A DNA stretch of 64,000 nucleotides from Hydrolagus colliei (GCA_035084275.1 CM068759.1:4092001-4156000), one strand, 5' to 3'. Positions 37,701-51,081 are shown, numbered from the stretch's first letter. Notes: a model not told the origin generated them from the letters alone. Made by a program: numbers and translations.

Positions 37701-40700
37701 TTGCTTTGATCATTTCAACGATCATAAGCCAGAGAATCCAATAACTCATTGTGGTTCATTGTATGGTATGTTTGTGGGTTATTAGGCCACGTTCCCAGCA
37801 ATGTCCTTGAAAGTCAAACTATGAAAATGGACTAATTTCAGTGTTTACATTGTACACATTGAATATTAGCTTTTGGATATCAGTAGTGCAACATTGTAAC
37901 AAGGCTTATGTTCTGTGTATTGAAATAGATGTTCTAATTTTATTAAAAACAACAATTTGCATTTATAAAGCACCCTTTAACCGGGGTAGTGTCTCAAGAT
38001 TCTTTCTTATACCATAGCGCATGCATGATAAGGAAATGTGTTTAAAGTTTAATTTAACATTTTGCTTCCTGTTTGTATTCTGCAGCTCTACCTCTGTTTC
38101 AAGGCAAACTAAGAAATCGACCCTAAAAGCCGTCTAAATCCAGCTTGTGGTTTGGAAGTAAATTTTAACTGGAGATTCCTGGGAAACCACATTGGTTTTA
38201 CCAATTTACATAGTTGTATGAACACAGCTGGCAAAAATTTAACATTGTCTCTGCTCAGAAGTGATCGAGTGAACTCTAATAACATTAACCAACCAGTATT
38301 TGGTTGGAAATCCTGAAGCTTTATTTTAAAGTCTTAAGCACAATTAATGCAGAAGTTGAAGAGATCATTTTCTGAATATTTCTAATTACAAATAGTTTAT
38401 GAACATAATACTTTTCTGAAATTAGACCCTTATACCTCGTATGAGCATTCATCCGATTGCAACTGAGTTGTGAATGTTAAATTGGTATAGACAGCGGATA
38501 TATGATTATAATTTCAATGCAATTATTCATGTACTTAATTGAAATCACAGTGCTACCCTACTTGAAATTGCTCTATAAGGGAAAAATAGCATAACAGAAG
38601 TAACAGATTCATTTTTAATAGTATTTCTTGATTGCACAGTGTGGTTTGTCATTGAGACTATCCTGGTTATCCTGGCATTAAATTCTGATTTAGCCTGTCT
38701 TCGGCATCTTGCTCAACATCCTGCTGATTTTAAATTCAAGCAATTGCCAAATACGTTAGTAAATAGTAGGTTAGTAATTTAGTTAGTAACTACCGTAGCA
38801 GTAAGGAGAACTGGCTCCATAGTCCTGTTACTTGGCAACAGGATGTCAGAATTGAGCCAATCTTCTGTGGTGGTCTCGGAGGTCTGGTGGGTCCCCAGTA
38901 TTCTAGGGCCCTGCTGATGACAGCCCAGCTAGGCTGGTTCATTAGCAGGACTTAGAAGGGCAGACCAATCACTGGGTGGGGGGGACCCATCCCACTTGCA
39001 TCCTATTAACCTTGCAAGCCAAAGCCCTAACAGATAGGGTGGTCTCAGGTGGGCAAATAGAAAACCATGTGGTGTTAACTGGTTAGACTCCAGCAGTTCC
39101 CCAACACACACGCAACAGCCCTTTGTTTTTGCCAAGCTGCACCTTATATAGAATTATGTAAGTGCGATGCATTCCTGCATTGGATGTTCCACCAACAAAT
39201 ATCTTTGGAATTTCCATATATAGGTGGGATGCATGAAAGTCAGTTTGATTTGGATACTCTTAAACATGGCAATGGTTTTCTGAATGTGACAGAAACACGT
39301 CTGACAAAAAAAAAGTACTTCGCTATTGCGCGAGTTGGATTATAATGAGTGTCTGCTATACCTGCAAGACTATTTGCCAGCTATTGCATACGCAGGAAAT
39401 GAAGTCAATGGTGGCTGCTTGTTTTTAATATGAAATAGGCCTGCCCAGCCTCAGTGGTTCCTGATTATTTGCAAATTCAGCCTCATGAATGAGAACAACG
39501 CATGAAACGTGGATTTCTGGTTCTTTAATTTGCTGCTGACTTCTTCATAATTTTGAACGGCAGTCGTCACCATCTGCACCACATTTAAACATTGACCCAA
39601 GTTAATAATAATAATTAATGATCTGTTTATCATGAAGACCTTTCAATAGGCGGCAGCTTTTAAGGCCAGAACTCTGGATGCAGCCTGTGCAAGATGCATT
39701 CTACATTGGTGACACACAAACAACTGCATATCCACATTGTTTGCAAGTCACAATTTGCGATCTTGTTAACGCCTGTCAGTTATTCCCCAAAGGATGAGGA
39801 GTTGAACAACCAGCCTAGTCTGGAGCCAGAAAAAAATGGCAGCTGGAGGCCAACGTTCGTGGTTGGTACTAGTATCAGCACAGCAAACTGAATCCAGTGT
39901 AAGATTACCATTGTTTTGTCACATTTTGTTTGAACTGCGAACGCTGATGACATTCGGCTTGGAAGGAATCCAAGGCTAAACAGTCCAGGGAAGTTGAATT
40001 AACACATACCATAAATATTGCAGTGGTTAATGATTCTCTACGAGGATTGGTTCATTTGCTGTCAGGCAAAGGACCTGCTTTAAGTGAGTTGCCCTTGCTG
40101 CCGTCAGCATTTGCTCTTTAAACAAAATATTTAATAAATAGAACCAAACACGAAGGCCAATCAAATTTCTTCACTACCGATTTCCTTAGCCTTAAATGGC
40201 AGATTCTGTCTAGTCTCAGCATTGGAGCAGTAACTGTTCTTGAATTTATGAGCTGTAAGCGTCCTGGCTATTTGGAGCAACTATCATTGCGAATAAATGG
40301 CTAACGTTTGAGTCATTAGCATAGGCCAATGTTGACATATGGCTGCCATCACTTTGCAAAGGAAGTGGTGTTGTGGACACCCTGGCGACTCAGATATTGA
40401 TTATTTTATTGTGCCTTTTTAACGTGTGACCCGAGACATTGGATCTATACGACCATGTTATAAATTGTACGCCCTGGAATGTACAACTCCAAATGGATTT
40501 CCGGTATGTAGCAGATTATGTGTTTTTTCCAGTTTTCTCTAATCCTTGCTAGAGATGGTACAGAGCTACCCCAGTGAGACAGATGGGCCTTGTTGAAGGC
40601 AGTTTACATGCGCTGCTGATGGATTCGGAAGTTTTGGGACTATAAATTCACTGTCAGAATGTACACTGCGAAACTATCCTTGCTAAATTTGTAGAATAGC

Positions 40701-41114
40701 AAAATTGTCTTTCACAAGATTAACACATTTATCAGTTTACATCTCTTCAAAAAGTGCACTGTAAAAAGATAAACACACGGAGTACTAACAATTTTCAATA
40801 CAGTAGTTCCTTACCATTTCTGAATTATTTTACACATAGCTTGACAAACTTACAAAATGTGAGCTTTACTTTTTCTTTCTCTTGTTTTCTATTTCCTGAT
40901 TCCATTCAACGTGCCTCTTGAAATGAATGTCTTATTAGTCCATTGGCATTGCAGGTACACTGTTTCCCAATTGGTAAGATGTAAGCTACTTTTCTACAGA
41001 ACCTAGTTTATTTCCAAATTTGACCAACATAATTGGTGTTATATAGTTTTTAACTTGCTTCTTTTGACTTTTAAAGTTGTTGGTTGTATGTTTGCTAGTT
41101 AGAAAACTAAAACA

Positions 41115-41410
41115 AATTGCATTTATATAATTACATTCAAGTCGGAGGACGTCCCAAAGGACTGGATAGTTAAGGGTTTTCACCTGAGCTGGAGATTGGA
41201 ATCAAGAGTGGAGGGCAAAGTGGTGGGAGGATGACTGAAGGCACAGTCAAAGAGGAAGATTTTGAGATGGGTGTTGAAGGAGGCAAGTGAGGTGAAAGGA
41301 TTCTGAAATACAGTTCTGATGGTGGAGGTCAGAAATTTTGAAGGCCGGAATGCTAATGGTGGGCTGGATGGGGGAACGTGGAGTAGGCCAGTGCTCACTG
41401 TGTGGAGGAA
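41115..41410 (-). mobile_element. L2 LINE 3' end
   Basis: Same family as 27880-28250; minus strand SLASFNTHLKIFLFDCAF. Confidence 0.75.
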
Positions 41411-43939
41411 GTGGACAGTTTGAAAGCCCATACAGATCCATGTTTGAAAAAAGCTCTCCACTGAGCGGAGCGGTTGGCATGAGCACTTCAACCAGTCAGC
41501 TAGCCAGAGGCTAAAAAACATGGCTACCTCCAAAGATTATTCAGATTTTGCTATTTGGCATCACATTACACAAGTTTTCAATTTGACAGAGCTTGAAAAA
41601 AAATACTCATGCATATGCCAAATAAGATCAGCTAGAATATGCATAAGAATGAAAAACGTCTTTGTTTCGCTGAATTTGCAAGTTGACATTTCAAGAAGTG
41701 AACTTGAGGTTTGTTGAAGAATGGTGTATTGTTTTCGAGTTAGAGAGGAAAAATGCACTAGGGAAGGTCCATATGCACTAGATGAAGGTAAACTTTGTCT
41801 GAACAACATATGTGGCTGGAATGAGTACCCTTTGTTCTCCTCCCCCAGTTGCAGCAGAAATGAGAGAATGTGTGGAGGAGTTATGTATTATTTCAGTATA
41901 TATTTAATAGCAAGTTTTTACTTTTCTAGATTTTAACCAAAAGTAAGTTTCTTCTTTTGCAGCTGACTAATTTATTTTACAAAATGGCCATGTAAGTGCA
42001 TTCGATCAACTGTGTCCACATTTTTTAATGTGGGTGCAAATTTTTACAGGTTTTCACCCAACTCCCTGAACATTTTGGGTCTTTTCAGTTGCTTGAAATC
42101 AAAAATAAACTGTACCTCCACATATCCACCAGCAAGCAACTTCATCAAACACTAGCCAGAGTAACTGTTTTTATTAACTGATTGATTTGAAGAGTTTAAG
42201 ATCAAATTTATGGCTCAATGAATAGCGATTTGAAAATGCATTTTGAACATAAACCTCCATGATAAAAATACTACTTCGCACCACTTGTTTTTTTTTAAAA
42301 AAAACTTTCACAACCACACAGGATGATGACTGTGTAGTTGGTTTCTTCTCATGACCTTTATGAATGACATCCAGTATTTTGCATACAAGATTATGAGCAA
42401 TACTTGCTTTTCAAAAGCTTCTATCTTGCCTCATCAGTTTTTAAAACTTTTTTGCTGACTGCTGTTAATGGTGTTCCGACCGGGTGACCAATGCATCTCT
42501 TCTCTTGATTACTGCCTTATCTTTCTTCAGAGACTGCCTTACCTTGAATTTTTGCAGAGTTTATGATGTGTGTATCTGTTTAGCTGTAGGATGAATATTC
42601 AGAGCTGGAGATTCAGTACAATTCCTGCTACAAATGAGCTCCCAGACGTGAACATTGATTTGGGAGAAACTTGAAACCAATTTCACAGCATGCTTCTTTT
42701 TGTGGTTAATTTTGCCATTTGATATGTGAAGTCAGCAACTTACATAAGCTGCAGTTTGAATTGCATCTTTAAGAATCATTGTCAGCTATTTGTAGTTTGC
42801 AAACTATTTGTTAAGCTGTCAACATGGGCATCAAGTTAAGTTCCTACATATTAGGCAGATTCTATTAAGCAATTAATAGTTCACAGTTTGTTCATGTGGT
42901 GCATCTTAATAAACTTTTAACAGTGAAATTTCCTCAGTGCAAAATTTACAATCAATTTACTTTACAGTACTGTATATTCTGTGAAGTGCTTTGAGACGTC
43001 TCGAAGACACGATGAGGTGCGATATCAAATGCAAGGATTATTATACCAGCGTTTGATGCTTCAAACAGTTTCATGAAACGTTTAGTAAAACATGTACACA
43101 TGCTTACATTCCAAGATGAAATTGTTGTGTTGGCATATGCATTGTGCACCTGTCACAGTGTGAAGCAGCTATCTGCATTTGGAATTTTCTCTGAAAGAGA
43201 ATAATGGAGAAAAAAATTAGATCCAAAATAAGTGTGTGTGTGTACACATTTCATTTGATAGCTTTTAAAATATATCGACAATGTGAGGTAAATCTGATAA
43301 ATTTGTGAACTGTTCACCATTACTTCTCAAGGGGTTTTAATCTGACAGAAACTGAATTAAAAGATGAACTGTTCGACATTTTGCAGTAGAAATCTGGGCC
43401 TGTGATGATTGGTTTTTCTTTCTATTTAACATTGGTTAAATTATGCAAATCAGAGAAGCTCCCATTTCCAATAGACTTAAACATTACAGGTGAACATCTG
43501 GTCATGATTGGATCAGCTAACATTTAGCCTTTTATAAATTTTTATCCTGTACGTTTTCTAGGATTGTTTTATCAGCTTTGTAGGATTGGTTTATGGGTGG
43601 ATTTGAACTTAATGCTTGGACTGAGGCAGTGAGATTTGGCAGCTTTTGTTGAACCACATTTTGGCAGGAGTTATCATGTTTTCTTGGAAAACAGTGTACA
43701 GGGAAGTAAATAGAACTTACACAAACAAGGGCAGTCCTGGCAGTAACCTACAGGATCTTGCGTCAATGTTTTCGACTTCATAAAAAAAAATCTGCTAGTG
43801 CCTACAAGTAAATAGTCTTTATAGTAAAAATAACCATTTCAGGACCGATATGTGTGCACATGATTAATGTTGCAGATGTTAGCGAAAGGCCTTTTTATTA
43901 TTACTGCATTACAGTACTGATAATTTGTCAGTCTGGTGC

Positions 43940-44272
43940 AGTCAGTCTGGTAATGTGGTAGCCCTCTTGCCTCTGAGTCAGAGGGTTGTTGGTTCAAGCC
44001 CCCACATTGGGACTTGGAATCACATAGTCTAACATGACACTCCAATGCAGTGCTGGTGGGTTGGGTGAAGGATTGCAATGTTAGAGGTGCTGTTCGGATG
44101 AGACGTGAAACCAAGGTACCATCTGCTTGGATGTTAAAAATTGCATGGCAATATTGAAACAGAGAAGTGGGTTTCTCTCGATGTCCTAGCTAACAATCCC
44201 CCAAATAAAATTGGTCGTTCACTCCATGTCTATTTATGGGACTTAGAAGTGCGCAACTGGCTGCCGCATTTT
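43940..44272 (+). mobile_element. DeuSINE family B copy
   Basis: ggtagccctcttgcctctgagtcagagggttgttggttcaagcccc...gtgcgcaactggctgccgcatt. Confidence 0.75.
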
Positions 44273-45304
44273 TATCAATTAAATGAAGTTGAATAAATGG
44301 CCGATCTGAAAAGTTGGTCAAGGGTTCTTTGAAAGAATTCTCATAAATGTGTAGAAATCATATTATTTTCAACAACCTCCTTGATATTTTTGTAGCATTG
44401 ACCTGAGAGCACAGATATGTGGATTTCATTGCATTCTAGCTAATTGTTCGAAGTTGTTTTTAAACATGGTCTGGGTAGGAAGTGGTTAAAAAGTCAAAGA
44501 GCTTAACATAAATAAATTCTGTAAAGGGTGCAAGTTTTTTTTGTAATGGTTCCCAACTAAATGTCTGGGTATTCCCCAAGCAAGCTTTGGGAGTAGCTGA
44601 GCTATATTGGTCAATAAGCATGTTCACATCAACGTAAGGAACTTGTAGATTTCAAATGAAGACTGTAAAAAAGTGTTTCTTGTCATTCTAAGCCCTCTGG
44701 GGGAATTGGGCTGAAAAACCTAAGCCTGAAGATAGGCTGGATGCAACTATGTTTGTCAGTGAAATTTAGCAATGAGCTCCATAGCAAAGATTTTGAACCT
44801 CACTCTTCCAAAAGATGATTATGTCTTTTTGAATTCTCTGACTAAGCCTTTTTGAATCCTTTGTGTGATCGAGCCTGCATCCTTTTACCGAATGATTAAG
44901 TTAGCCAGTGCTCCGGGACCACTCTTTGAGATAGTACTGTAATCGTGTTAGCATCATTTTGTCCCTGAACAACTCACTGCATAAGTTATAGAATTATTTC
45001 AATTTTTCAATTTTATCAATAGTATTTCCTTGCCAAACAAATACAGTATATAAACATTGAAGAATGTTGGCTAATGGCTCTGCAGATCTGGTGTTGTAAG
45101 GTTGGGAGAAGAGGTAGAGGGCTTATGCTAGGAGTGATCAACTGTCCGCTCAATACTAATCGACTTCCTTTCCTCAATGAATTTTGATCTTTTTATATCT
45201 CCAAAGTGATCAATTATAGTCTACTTATGGCAGGTTTCAGGAAAATGAGCCGGCTGGCTGGCTGTACTATTATTCTAGCCTCCGCTGGAAAATAATAGAA
45301 AGGA

Positions 45305-45765
45305 TATTTTCAATATAGCGCTTTTTAGGGTCCGTCAACATGGAAATTTTCCAATATAGATATATCGGTTTGCCCATATTGATACATTTTTTGCGTGCGC
45401 ATTCGGATATCGACAAGGCAAGTTGAAAAAGTCCACATTATACCAATATATACCGATATATTGATATATCACCGGACAATATACCGATATTTGCGATATA
45501 TCGATTTTTTTCGATATATCGATATATTTTAAATTCCGATATCGGAATGTCGATATGAAAATGTTATTGGATATAACCGACATATCGATATATCGCTGGA
45601 CCCTAGTGCTTTTCAAGTCTTCTAGACATCCCAAGGAGTTTCACAGAATATACTGTAAAGTGAATTGACTAACAATTCAATTAACCAACATTTTACCCTG
45701 CTGGGAATCAAACCCACGCCTCTCGCTTGCGATGCGAGTGCTCTAACCACTGAGCTGCAGGATTC
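45305..45765 (-). mobile_element. SINE family A (internally deleted) interrupted by the hAT MITE
   Basis: Tail atatagcgctttt | MITE | caagtcttctagacatcccaagg...; head gagtgctctaaccactgagctgcagga. Confidence 0.8.
45326..45605. mobile_element. hAT-like MITE (280 bp) inserted into a SINE tail
   Basis: Termini TAGGGTCC...GGACCCTA. 8-bp TSD GCGCTTTT (45318-25) / GTGCTTTT (45606-13). Interior is dense in CGATAT/ATATCG motifs. Confidence 0.88.
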
Positions 45766-46466
45766 GAGAACATTTTCTATTTCATAGGTTGTACATCCAT
45801 TGTTTAATTCCTCTTAACAAATTCACCTTTGCTTTGAAATTCACCTCTGCTAAACCTTGTTGCATAGGACTACCTGTAAGGGGTCTCCAGAGGAGGGAAT
45901 GTTGCTCATTGAAGTAATTTGCGAGGGTGTTTGACATACTTTTCATGTAGAGATGCAATGAGGCTCCTGTTTTGCATTTAACCTGTGCAACACTTCTTAC
46001 TGTATTTATGATAAGATATGATCCAATTACTCCTAATTTTCTAGTTGGAATTCATGGGAATTTGTCCCTCTGTTTAGAGGTTTTTTTTATGCTCTATAAC
46101 TTAATCGAGCTTGGATTTAAGCATATTCTATGCTTAAATCCAAGCATAGAATATCATGTCCAGAGCTTATAATTGATTCACACTCAAAATCAGTGATTAT
46201 CCAGTATTCATTTTAATCTGGGAGACTGCGAGTTGTTAACCTTACATTCGTGGCATGATTTCTCATCTTCATGCTATCAATCTTGGATCTGATACCAAGT
46301 TGTTTGTTTTCACAAAGTAATTACTGTCAAGGCTTAGGGAGCATTTGATATTTTGATGCAACATAATTTTTCCTAATGTAACCAACAGTGTGATTGTTGC
46401 ACTGGGATGAAGTCATTCTGGCAAATCGTGGCAGCATTTTGAATATTTCCCATTTTGCAATTCCAG

Positions 46467-46557
46467 GATATCCGACATCAAGCCAGTGACTTCCCTTGTA
46501 AAATAGCCAAACTTCCAGAAAATAGAAATCGGAACAGATACAGAGACGTCAGCCCGT
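46467..46557 (+). CDS. PTPN1: PTP1B coding exon 2 (pTyr-recognition loop)
   Basis: ttccag|GAT...CCGT|gtaag, 91 nt. [30 protein letters not shown] contains the NRYRD motif. Confidence 0.97.
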
Positions 46558-47379
46558 GTAAGTACAGGAACAAGAGGTTTAATTACTGGAAAAGATGTGC
46601 TATTGGCTTTCTTTTTGGAGTGAGTTTGCTCAAACTGTGCACACTCTAGTGTGCCAGATGAGCAGGATTATATGCCTGGAAATAAGAACAGCATTCAGAA
46701 TATGCTGCCCTAATTGTGTAAATGATTGCAAATCATTTTACATATCTATCCTGAAAGTAAAATATCCAAACCCAGCAACTCACTACTCCATACATACGAA
46801 CTAACCCAATTGAATAAATACAAATCACGAAATTCAGAACATTTAATTAACCCTCTCTTTCATCTGTTTCTGCATGCCTGCTTTGAACCTTTTTTATTGA
46901 CTTATTTTTCCACGCTACTAATTATTTCTGTGATCAGTTGTTTGGGCTTTTAAGTCATGCTTTTTTGTGTGTTTTTTTTTGGAAATTCATCAAGCCCACT
47001 AAGGATACTAAAGGATAATTAAACTCATTGCAGACCTCATGAGTCAGATTGGTCACAGGACCCAATTTGTGAGTTGTGCGAACACGCACAAATAAAGAAT
47101 TACAGGGCCCTTAAGAAGCAACTGTAGTCTTTTTTCATTGGCTGGAGGTATCTAATATTCTCTATGCATTTGCAAAAACAAATGATTTGTTCAGGGAACT
47201 AAGTCATGCCACTGATAGCCACTGATTTTACAAGGAATGAGTAGCCAGCTGTAACATGTCACCAGCAAGCCAGAAGCATGTTCGGGCATTTTCAAAATCC
47301 TATTCTCACTGCTTGTTCCAATTTAAAAACTAGGTGCAGCAGTTAGCGAGCAATCATTGTGTTACTAAAATCTTACCAG

Positions 47380-47620
47380 CATCTGCCAAGTGGAGGGGTG
47401 GCTGCCACCATCGACAGTCATCCTTTTTGTTTCCACCCTCTGGAATTCCATCCCAGAGTCCCTTCGCCTTCTCATCCCTCCCTTCCCTCCTTCAAAGGAG
47501 ACCTTCTCAAGATGTTCCTCTTTGACTGTGCCTTCAGTCATCCTCAGAGCAAACCCTTGACTGTCCAGCGCTTTGGGATGTCCTGTCGACGTGAAAGGCG
47601 CCATACAAATGTAATTTGTA
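47380..47620 (+). mobile_element. L2 LINE 3' end in intron 2
   Basis: ccaccctctggaattccatccc...tccttcaaag...gcgctttgggatgtcctgtcgacgtgaaaggcgccatacaaatgtaatttg. Confidence 0.8.
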
Positions 47621-47677
47621 TTCCATTGAGTATGTTCATAAATGTAGTAAAACTGCACTTTTTTAAAAAAATTCCAG

Positions 47678-47778
47678 TTGACCACAGTCGTATTAAGTTA
47701 CAGCAGGGTGAAAATGACTACATCAACGCAAGCTTGATTAAAATGCAAGAGGCTCAAAGAAGCTACATCCTGACTCAG
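47678..47778 (+). CDS. PTPN1: PTP1B coding exon 3
   Basis: ttccag|TT...CAG|gtaag, 101 nt. (F)[33 protein letters not shown] contains the DYINAS and YILTQ motifs. Confidence 0.97.
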
Positions 47779-48352
47779 GTAAGCATCTTTGATGGAAAAT
47801 GAACTTTGATATATCTGTGCGCTATATTTTTGACCTTGTGATATAATTATTGATCCCTATTGTCGCTGGAGAATTGCATTTTTCTTTCTTTTTAAGAACC
47901 AGTAACCGTATCATTTGCTCTTGGGTCAGAAAATGGCATAGATCTATTATTCTGTAGAACTCTGTGCGTCTCTCCAAATTTATGTCTCGTTCTCAGAGAA
48001 CTGTCGTCATCAGTTTAGATTGTGGCATGTGAGTCATTTGTAGTGTGGACCTGACATTTTCCACTATTTAACAGGAATGCTTTTAATTTTCCCTTTCAAG
48101 ATTGATTCTTAATGCCCTAAACAAACTGAACCAAAGTGATCTAGAATTATGCCATTATCTCTCCCCACGGCCTCTACCCTTTCTTCACAGCCCTAGAAGT
48201 GAGTTTGGGTAAAAGCTTTGAAACTTCTTGATTTTTAAGGAGTAGATATAAACATATGTTATTGTGAATTTGAATCCATTGGGTAAGCGTGTTTAATATC
48301 TGCAATTGTTTGATTTGCTGGTGAAGTAATTCATGCTTGTATTCCTTTGCAG

Positions 48353-48451
48353 GGACCTCTTCCAAATACCTGCGGCCATTTCTGGGAGATGGTTTGGGAA
48401 CAAAAATCCAGGGGTGTAGTTATGTTGAACAGAGTAATTGAAAAGGGATCA
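48353..48451 (+). CDS. PTPN1: PTP1B coding exon 4
   Basis: ttgcag|GGA...TCA|gtaag, 99 nt. [33 protein letters not shown]. Confidence 0.97.
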
Positions 48452-48998
48452 GTAAGTATTTAAAGCGCAATGATCATGAAGTGATGAAATCCAGGAGACT
48501 AAAGTACTGGAGCATATGTGATGCCCTCAAATTTTATACCCATTTGCACCCGAGTTTCAGAATTTAGTTTTCTCCAATCTAAATCATCTATTTCCCCCAA
48601 CTGGTTAGCAACTGATAAACAACCTTGATTCAGTAACAGTGGAACAGATTGGGAGAAATTGCCACAAATGCTTCAAACCAGAAAATTTTGTTGGAGGTGG
48701 TTTATCTCTGAGTTTGGTTTTTTGGTTTGTTTTCAGCTTTGTAGGTGGATGTTGAATTCGATTGAAGTGTTAAAACTAATGCTACATCTGCTTGTTCTGG
48801 TGGATATACAGGATTCCATGGCATTAGAGAATGGATTTTTCCCTCAAGTCCAGGCCAACAATCCCCAGATAAAATTGGTCATTCACATCTTGGCTGTTTG
48901 TGAGACATTGCTGTGTGCAGATTGATTACATTTTAATGTGCTTTGAAAGATGCAATATTTGAAAAGAGATTAAAGAGAACCCTTTGCAATTGTTTCAG

Positions 48999-49136
48999 GT
49001 AAAATGTGCGCAATACTGGCCGAGCAAAGAAGAAATGGACTTGACATTTTCAGACACCAATTTCAAACTAACATTGATTTCTGAAGATGTCAAATCCTAC
49101 TATACAGTCCGACAGTTGGAGTTGGAAAACCTTGCA
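48999..49136 (+). CDS. PTPN1: PTP1B coding exon 5
   Basis: tttcag|GTA...GCA|gtaag, 138 nt. [46 protein letters not shown] contains KCAQYWP. Confidence 0.97.
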
Positions 49137-49670
49137 GTAAGTACCCTAGCTAATGCTTGACACATTTTATAAAGTTAATGTGTACATTTCTGCCTGATGT
49201 TTCGGTAGCAATGTCTTTATTTTTAGAATTTTGTTTACAAAACAAAGTTTGTAAGAGTGAAAGAAATCTGGGTAGACAATTTAGTTACTGTAAACTTGCT
49301 CACCTAAAACAGAGATAAGGTGCAATCTATCTGAATAGTCTTTCATAGATTGATTTTTGATTTGCCACTTGGCTTCAGAGTACTGTGGAGAAAATCCAAA
49401 AGGCAAATCGTTTTTTTTTCTCTCTCCCAGAATGTAATAATCTGTTTTATGATGGAAATAATATCCTTTCAGTTTTAAACTTCTAAAATAAATCACGTCA
49501 GGCACCAATTATTTTCAATGACCGATTATCTCATCAGCAGTTCTGTCTCATTTGCTCCACAAATTAATGTATAAAAATTTTGAAGATTTGGTGCGTTGTG
49601 AGCTGTTGGTGTTTAAAGAAGAACAAAAAAAGGTTATCGTACTGTGCATTATTATTTCAGTTTCATTTGT

Positions 49671-49882
49671 GGAGTCCTATAGCTTAGTGGTTAGACCACT
49701 TACAGGCATGAGACCTGTGTTCGAATCTAGGCAGGTCAGAGCAAAACCCTGGGCAAGTTTCCTTACTCCTCACGCCTGATAATAATCCATCCCCCCAAAA
49801 AAACAATGATAATTGGTCTAGAAGACGTGAAAAGCGCTATAACAAATGCATGGATGATTACTATTATTATTATTATTATTTT
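49671..49882 (+). mobile_element. Internally deleted SINE family A abutting the exon 6 acceptor
   Basis: Head ggagtcctatagcttagtggttag...gttcgaatc joined directly to the tail tagaagacgtgaaaagcgctataacaaatgc(att)n. Confidence 0.85.
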
Positions 49883-49900
49883 TATCACTTTCCTTTACAG

Positions 49901-50110
49901 ACCGAAGAGATCAGGGAAATTTTGCACTTTCATTATACCACATGGCCTGATTTTGGAGTTCCTGAATCCCCTGCTTCATTCCTGAACTTCCTTTTCAAAG
50001 TGAGGGAATCCGGTACATTGAATCCAGAGCACGGATCTATCGTGGTCCACTGCAGCGCAGGAATAGGGCGATCTGGCACTTTCTCACTGGTTGACACCTG
50101 CCTCCTTCTG
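49901..50110 (+). CDS. PTPN1: PTP1B coding exon 6 (WPD loop and catalytic P-loop)
   Basis: ttacag|ACC...CTG|gtaag, 210 nt. Contains [11 protein letters not shown] and [11 protein letters not shown]; catalytic Cys codon at 50051-50053. Confidence 0.98.
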
Positions 50111-50883
50111 GTAAGACACAAGATGACAGAAACTTCCAAATTAATAACATTAATTTCCGACTTGGATGACAAACTGGCTTCGAGTTGTGAAACTGCGTGT
50201 TCCTATTTCTTGTGTCGGAGCACATCTGGATACGAAACTGATATCAAAAGATTTTATTGCTACAACGGTAGATAACCTTTCTAAACCAGAAAGGATCCAG
50301 TTCCTATTGGGACCTTCCACCTCATAATTCTTGGAAAAGGTATTGGATATAAGTATCAGTTGGGAAAAAGCTCTTATGAACTCCCCAGAGGAAACTACCT
50401 AAGGCGATCAGCAGCGTAAGCCCGATCAGCAGCTGCTGAAATAAATCACTGCTGATGGAAGCTCCTTTTTCCACTTGTGGAAATTCATGCCTTTCTTTTG
50501 GCAATTGTGACCTCTGGAGGATATACAGTAGTCATTGCCAGTAGTTGGCAATTCCACTGTCGATCTATGATTCATTTTTTTAAAAAAAGTAACTCATCCA
50601 AGTGACTGCTAGTAAGCTAACAAACCTGAAGCTTCCGAGTCCCGACAGAAGTTAAGTTAAGGAGAAGGTCGAATCTGAAGCAGAACAGCTCAAAACAAAA
50701 AAAACTGCAGCTGGTGAGGAAAGTTTGATATTCAAGATTTGTTAGAAAAACAGATTTGCTACAGTGCAAGTTTTCGATACAATGCATTCAAGAGCCCCAG
50801 TATAAAAGTGTAAAATTGATGCATTTCTTTTAAGCATAGTAAGTAAAAAAAAATTATGATTTTGTACTCCCTGTTTTTTTTAA

Positions 50884-51081
<198 letters not shown>

